From assembly GCF_009834535.1 (NCBI RefSeq), contig NC_045699.1, positions 74,586,001 to 74,650,000 of the forward strand: DNA of 64,000 bases, read 5' to 3'. This document shows positions 59,432 to 64,000 of this stretch, piece by piece. The stretch is from Camelus ferus (lineage: Eukaryota). Each line of letters starts with the position of its first letter. The first letter of the stretch is position 1. The translations under genes were made by a program, and so were the position numbers. The notes beneath the pieces are model-generated. The model was given only the letters and a program-made list of their open reading frames with translations. It made no database searches and was not told the origin of the DNA.

Positions 59432-59437
59432 TTTATT
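59432..59437 (-). terminator. poly(A) signal of LCN6
   Basis: TTTATT on + (AATAAA on -), about 130 nt into the last exon. Confidence 0.7.
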
Positions 59438-59565
59438 TGAATCGGCAGAGAGCGCCCCTGGGAGCAGCCAGCCCGACACCCTGCAACCGGGCAGCTGAGT
59501 GTGCAGAACAGGGTCTGGCCACCTCCACCGGACACGGCGGGCACCGTCCCCAGGGACCGTGGCAT

Positions 59566-62500
59566 TCACTGAAAACCGAGAAGAGCACAGGGGACCCGGG
59601 CTCGCCCTGAAAGCCATCAGCTTCCCCGGCCCCCAGCCTGCATGGCAGCAGGGCCGCTGGAAAGAAGGGGCCCCGAGAGACCCAGGCCCCTCCCACCACC
59701 CAGGAGCCTGGGGTGCTCGGGAAGGCTGCTCACCTGGAAGACCTTGTGTGCACAGGTGACTGCAGGGGAAGCGAGACGGCTGTGAGTACTGGGCGTCTCC
59801 CTGCCCAGCCGGGCGCCCAGGACAGTGAGCAGCCACTGACCACCCAGAGCCCCACCTGAGACGGGGGCCAGCCCCGCAAGCCCGACTTTGGGCAGGGAGG
59901 AGGTGACTCCTTGAAGACCCCTGCCTGGCTCCCTGAGGCCCGGAGGGTCCCCAGGTCCAGCAGAAGCTGGCGAGTGGCCCCATGCTCCGTCCCCCAGCAC
60001 GAGGCGACACTCACGGTCCCTCTGCAGCGTGGCCTGCTGCTGAGACAAGAAGCCCAGGCCTTTGCTCCACTTGGTGAAGAGGCTCATGGCCTCCTGGCTG
60101 GCCAGCTCTGTCCGGCCTGCGGGGCAAGACGCCCTCCTGAGACCCAGGCCTGGGGCTGGGGAGGACGGGTCTGCAGCAGGACTCGGACGGACAGGGACCC
60201 TGCACTCCTCTGACCCCAAGGCCTCTGACCACGTGCAGCCCTCCCCCAGCCCTGGACCACGTCCCTCCCTCCACGCAGGGTCCTGAGCAGGGATGAGGCC
60301 AGTGGGAGTGAGGAGCAGAGCATGGCCACTGTCTCATGTCGCCCAGGGCGGGCAGGGGACCGGTGCAGCCAGCGGACAGTCAGAAGCCCCCAGCGAGGCT
60401 GCGGCTGGCGGGCAGACTGCCTGGGGCGTCCCAGCCCCACTCACTGTACAGCTCCACGGTGCCAAAGGCCTCGTCCGCCAGCTCCAGCTGTGTGAACACC
60501 ACGGCATAGTCTCTGAAGTTGGTGCCCAGAACCCGGTACTCCAGCACACCCAGGGCTAGGAAGGAGGTGCCCCGAGGGAGGGGCCTCAGACCCAGCGGGA
60601 GGCCCCTCCCAGTAGGCAAGGGCCCCAAACCCTGGCCCCCTGGTCCCTGGACCCCCCCAGGTGCCAGCACACAGAGCCTCACAGTGGTTGATGGATGGCG
60701 TTGATGGATGGCAGGTGAGTCCCAGCTCATGTCAGCTCACGCCCCCTCACCCTGTCCCCCTGGGGCCAGAGCACTACAGAGGGAAGCCTGGGGTCCCGGC
60801 TGAATGTGCCAGGTGCGGCTGTCCTCTGACCTCAGGGTTGGCACCAAACCTCTGACAAAACTAGGTCCTTCCGCTTCCCGGGGGAGAGCTGCACTGAAGC
60901 CGGGGACGGAGTCGCCCCGCCCCTTCCCGAGCCGCTGGCCCTGCCCGCAGAGGGCGGGGGTGCTGCCCGGACAGAGGGCCCGGGGCGGCTGGCGGCAGAA
61001 CCCCGGTCCCGAGGACGGCCGGGGAAACGCAGCCGTCCCTGCGCTGCCCAGAGGGGCCTCAGCGGCCGTCGGTCTTACAGGGGTTCCAGAACACCCATCC
61101 GGAATTTTGCTTCAGCAGTTCCACAGTGTGCAGGTGGCACCTCTCCAGCCTGGAACAGAAGGGGATCCTCCGTCCCCCAGCGTCTGGGCGCAGGACGAGA
61201 GGAGGCAGGTTCTGCCGCCCTGAACTGGCCGGCGGCCATCGTGTTCACAGAGGGGATTCGGCCTCTGTCTTGGTGGCCCCAGTTCCCGGAAGCCCTGCTC
61301 TCCACCAAAGCGACCCGTCAGGGAAGCGGGCCGGCCCAGGGCCGGCAAAGTGCAAAGTTGCTCCCTCGCCTCCCGAGAGCCCTGGTCCTCCAGCCCCGCG
61401 TGAAGACGACTCAGAAGCCCCCGAGAGTCAGACAAACAGGGGCATCTGCAGTTTTGGATAAAGGGATGCAGCAGCCAGTAGGGGCCCGTGGCCCTGAGCC
61501 GTCAGCCCTGAGAATGATCAGACCTGCTTTTGCCGGAGCAGCGGGAGCCGCTCACCACAGCGCTCCGGGGAAGACACAGGAATAACCAGGAAAGGCGTGA
61601 ATGCAAGGGCCGCCAGCAAGAGGGAGCTGTAACCCAGCAAAGCGCACCCCGGAGCTGTGAGACCCGGAACCGGCGAACAGAGAGACAGATGGAAGGGACG
61701 GGACGGACGGTCCAGAGATACAGCCAAGCACAGAGGAGGCTGGTGCGTGAGGAAGAGAGCGTCTCAGGTGAGTGGAGCAGACGCGGGCTGCAGGGTGCGG
61801 GGTGCCGGGCAGCTGGGCTGTCCTCTCGGGAACAGCGGTCACGCCCCACGTCTCCCCAGGGCACAGCCGGTGCACCAGGGAGGTGCGTGGCCTCTTGGCA
61901 CAAGAGGCGGAAAGGCTGCCTTACTCACCACGCACAAAACCCAGAAGCCCTAAAAAAGCAAGCCTGGTTTACCTCCACACAAAGATAAAAAAAATCGTTC
62001 CCATCCAAAACTCCTTGATGGTCTGAGAAAAACAACAAACGGGGAAATCTATCTGCAACTACCTTTTACCGCAGGCAGTGGCCAAAATCCCTAACACTTA
62101 AGGGTTCTTACAAGTCAGTAAAAACCCACCCGAGGGAAAATATGCCAAAGGTATGAACAGACAGTGGGTTAAAGGAAACACAAAGGCTGAAAAGCAGGTT
62201 CCCCCAACCCCAAGTCCTCAAGGTTAGAGAAGGTGGTAAAAACGAACACGGCCAGGAACACAGGGACCAGGCGCCCCGGGCTGGCACCAGCTCAGGGGAC
62301 CGGCCTCACACGACACGGAGCAAAGCTTCCAGGAGGACGGGCGCACTTTGACTCCCGAGGGTTCACCCTCTGAGGCCAGCTCACAGGACTCCCCAAAGTG
62401 CGTTTCCAGCTGCAGAAGCCTGGAGACCCCTGGCAGCCGCCCGCAGAGCACGGGACCGAGAACTACACAGCCGTAAAAAGGAACAGAGTTCCTCCCAAAA

Positions 62501-64000
62501 TGTCATAGTCACCACATGGCCCAGCAATCCCGCTCCTGGGTGTGTCCCCCAGAAACTGACAGCAGCGTCCCGAAGAGATGTGTGCTCACTGCAGCCCGAG
62601 CTGGAAGCAGCCCAGGTGCCCGAGCTGGAAGCAGCCCAGGTGCCCACCGACGGACGGCGGCATAAACAAGTGTGGCCCATCCGCACGCTGGAACGTTACT
62701 CATTCTTAAAAGGGAGGAAATCCCAACACAGGCGGCAGCATGGTTGAAGGACACGAGGACATTATGTGAGTGAAACAGGCCAGTCACAAAAGGACAACTA
62801 TCGTGTGATTCCACTCACACGAGGTGCAGAGGAGTCAAACTGCAGAGAAAGAAAGTAGGTGGTGGGGCCGGGGCTGGGGGCGGGGCGGGGGCGGGGGGGA
62901 GTGTCTGATGGGGACAGAGGTTCCGTTTGGGAAGACGAGAAAGTTCTGGAGATGGATGGTGGGGGTGGTTGCTCAACAGCACGAATGTGCTGAGTGCCAC
63001 TGAGCCGTGCACTTAGAAGTGGTTAAGGTGGCAGATCCTAATGTTTATTCTACCACAATTTCTAAACGTCAGCAAAGACAAAAGAGAATACAACGCTAAA
63101 AGGTTCAGAAGAGGGCAGGGACCCAGGGGCTGACAGGGAAGTGCTGTCCACGGCGTCAGACCACGCGTGTGCTCACGTGAGGCCACCCCACCCCCGCAGC
63201 ACAGCGCCCTCGCCGCCGCCTGCCCGCTCCCGCCCGCCCCACTCCCTCCAGCCGGGCGCATGATCCGCTCCACGGGTCAGAGTCAACCGAGGCTCAGCCT
63301 GATGCCACGAGCCCAACCAGACAAGCGGCCTCAGTGACCACACCCCCGGGGGATCCCATTTCCCAGAGAACCAGTGGCTCTTGGGCACAGATGCACGGCC
63401 CACTTTACCTGGGATTCAGCAGGGCCTTGCACAAAGAAGAGACCCCTCCAACCAGCCGACCGGGGACCCGGAGCAGCAGGCAGGGCGGCCAGAGGCTGCC
63501 CCTGGCCCCAGGCGAGAAGGCCTGAGTCCCACCTGGGCGCCCAGGCCAGGAGTCCGGGGATGCAGGCCCAAGAGGCCAGGCAGAGGGTGGGGCTCAGAGC
63601 AGAGCTCAGGGTGGAGGGAGGGAAGGGCGGGGACGGGGGATCTGGAGGGTGCCTCCCCACCTGTGCCGGGAGGCCAGCATCTTCAGGTTGTTTTCAGGAG
63701 TGAGGGTCACCACGACCCCCTCAATGTTCTTCGTGGCCTTCTCCACCGCAAAGTCCCTTTCCCCCGAGGCCACGGCGACCACGTACCAGGACCCCAGAAG
63801 CTGATGGAGGAGGAGGGGGTAAGGCAGGCTGGTCCCTCCCACCCCTGGGCCATCCTCTGGGTCCGGGAGCCCGGGGCCCGGCAGCCCGTGTGGTCTGAGC
63901 TGGCACCACGGGGGCCCAGGAGCCATGTGGCCCCAAGGAGTCCAGGCCACTAAGACAAACATGGCCCCAGACGTGTGTGGCATGAGAGGACTGTTACCTG
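59566..64000 (-). CDS. LCN6: Epididymal-specific lipocalin-6, 5'-partial; exons 63998->64000 (last codon of exon 1), 63661-63800, 61079-61149, 60445-60555, 60015-60116, 59734-59759, 59566-59568 (stop)
   Basis: Q/LLGSWYVVAVASGERDFAVEKATKNIEGVVVTLTPENNLKMLASRHR/LERCHLHTVELLKQNSGWVFWNPS/LGVLEYRVLGTNFRDYAVVFTQLELADEAFGTVELYS/RTELASQEAMSLFTKWSKGLGFLSQQQATLQRDL/TCAHKVFQ/*. The exon-1 donor CAG|GTAAC falls at the window edge. Matches recalled LCN6. Confidence 0.93.
62480..63075 (+). mobile_element. LINE-1 (L1MB-like) 3' end in LCN6 intron 2
   Basis: ACATGGCCCAGCAATCCCGCTCCTGGGTG...GGACATTATGTGAGTGAAACAGGCCAGTCACAAAAGGACAA...GGACAGAGGTTCCGTTTGGGAAGACGAGAAAGTTCTGGAGATGGATGG. Confidence 0.85.

Overview
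GC-rich mammalian genomic window orthologous to human 9q34.3; Vic-1-like tRNA-derived SINEs point to a camelid. All exon structures below were reconstructed by hand from GT-AG sites and reading phase. Left to right: an L1/SINE-rich intergenic stretch; PPP1R26 (+, CpG-island promoter, single coding exon); PIERCE1/C9orf116 (-, 3 exons, 136 aa) head-to-head with MRPS2 (+, 4 coding exons, 301 aa); an intron-containing, truncated and partly disabled copy of RALGDS (REM-domain exons only); then three lipocalin genes on the minus strand: an LCN1/Can f 1-like gene (174 aa), LCN10 (182 aa) and LCN6 (5'-partial). The most unusual elements are the RALGDS relic at the MRPS2/lipocalin junction, a gene order that differs from human as I recall it, six acidic-plus-helix repeats and a 22-aa duplication in PPP1R26, and a solo ERV LTR just upstream of the LCN1-like gene. 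Most long ORFs in the supplied track are GC-content artefacts. I see no evidence of a wholly new multi-gene system. There are two assembly gaps. Gene identities and cross-species comparisons rest on recalled sequences, not on database searches.
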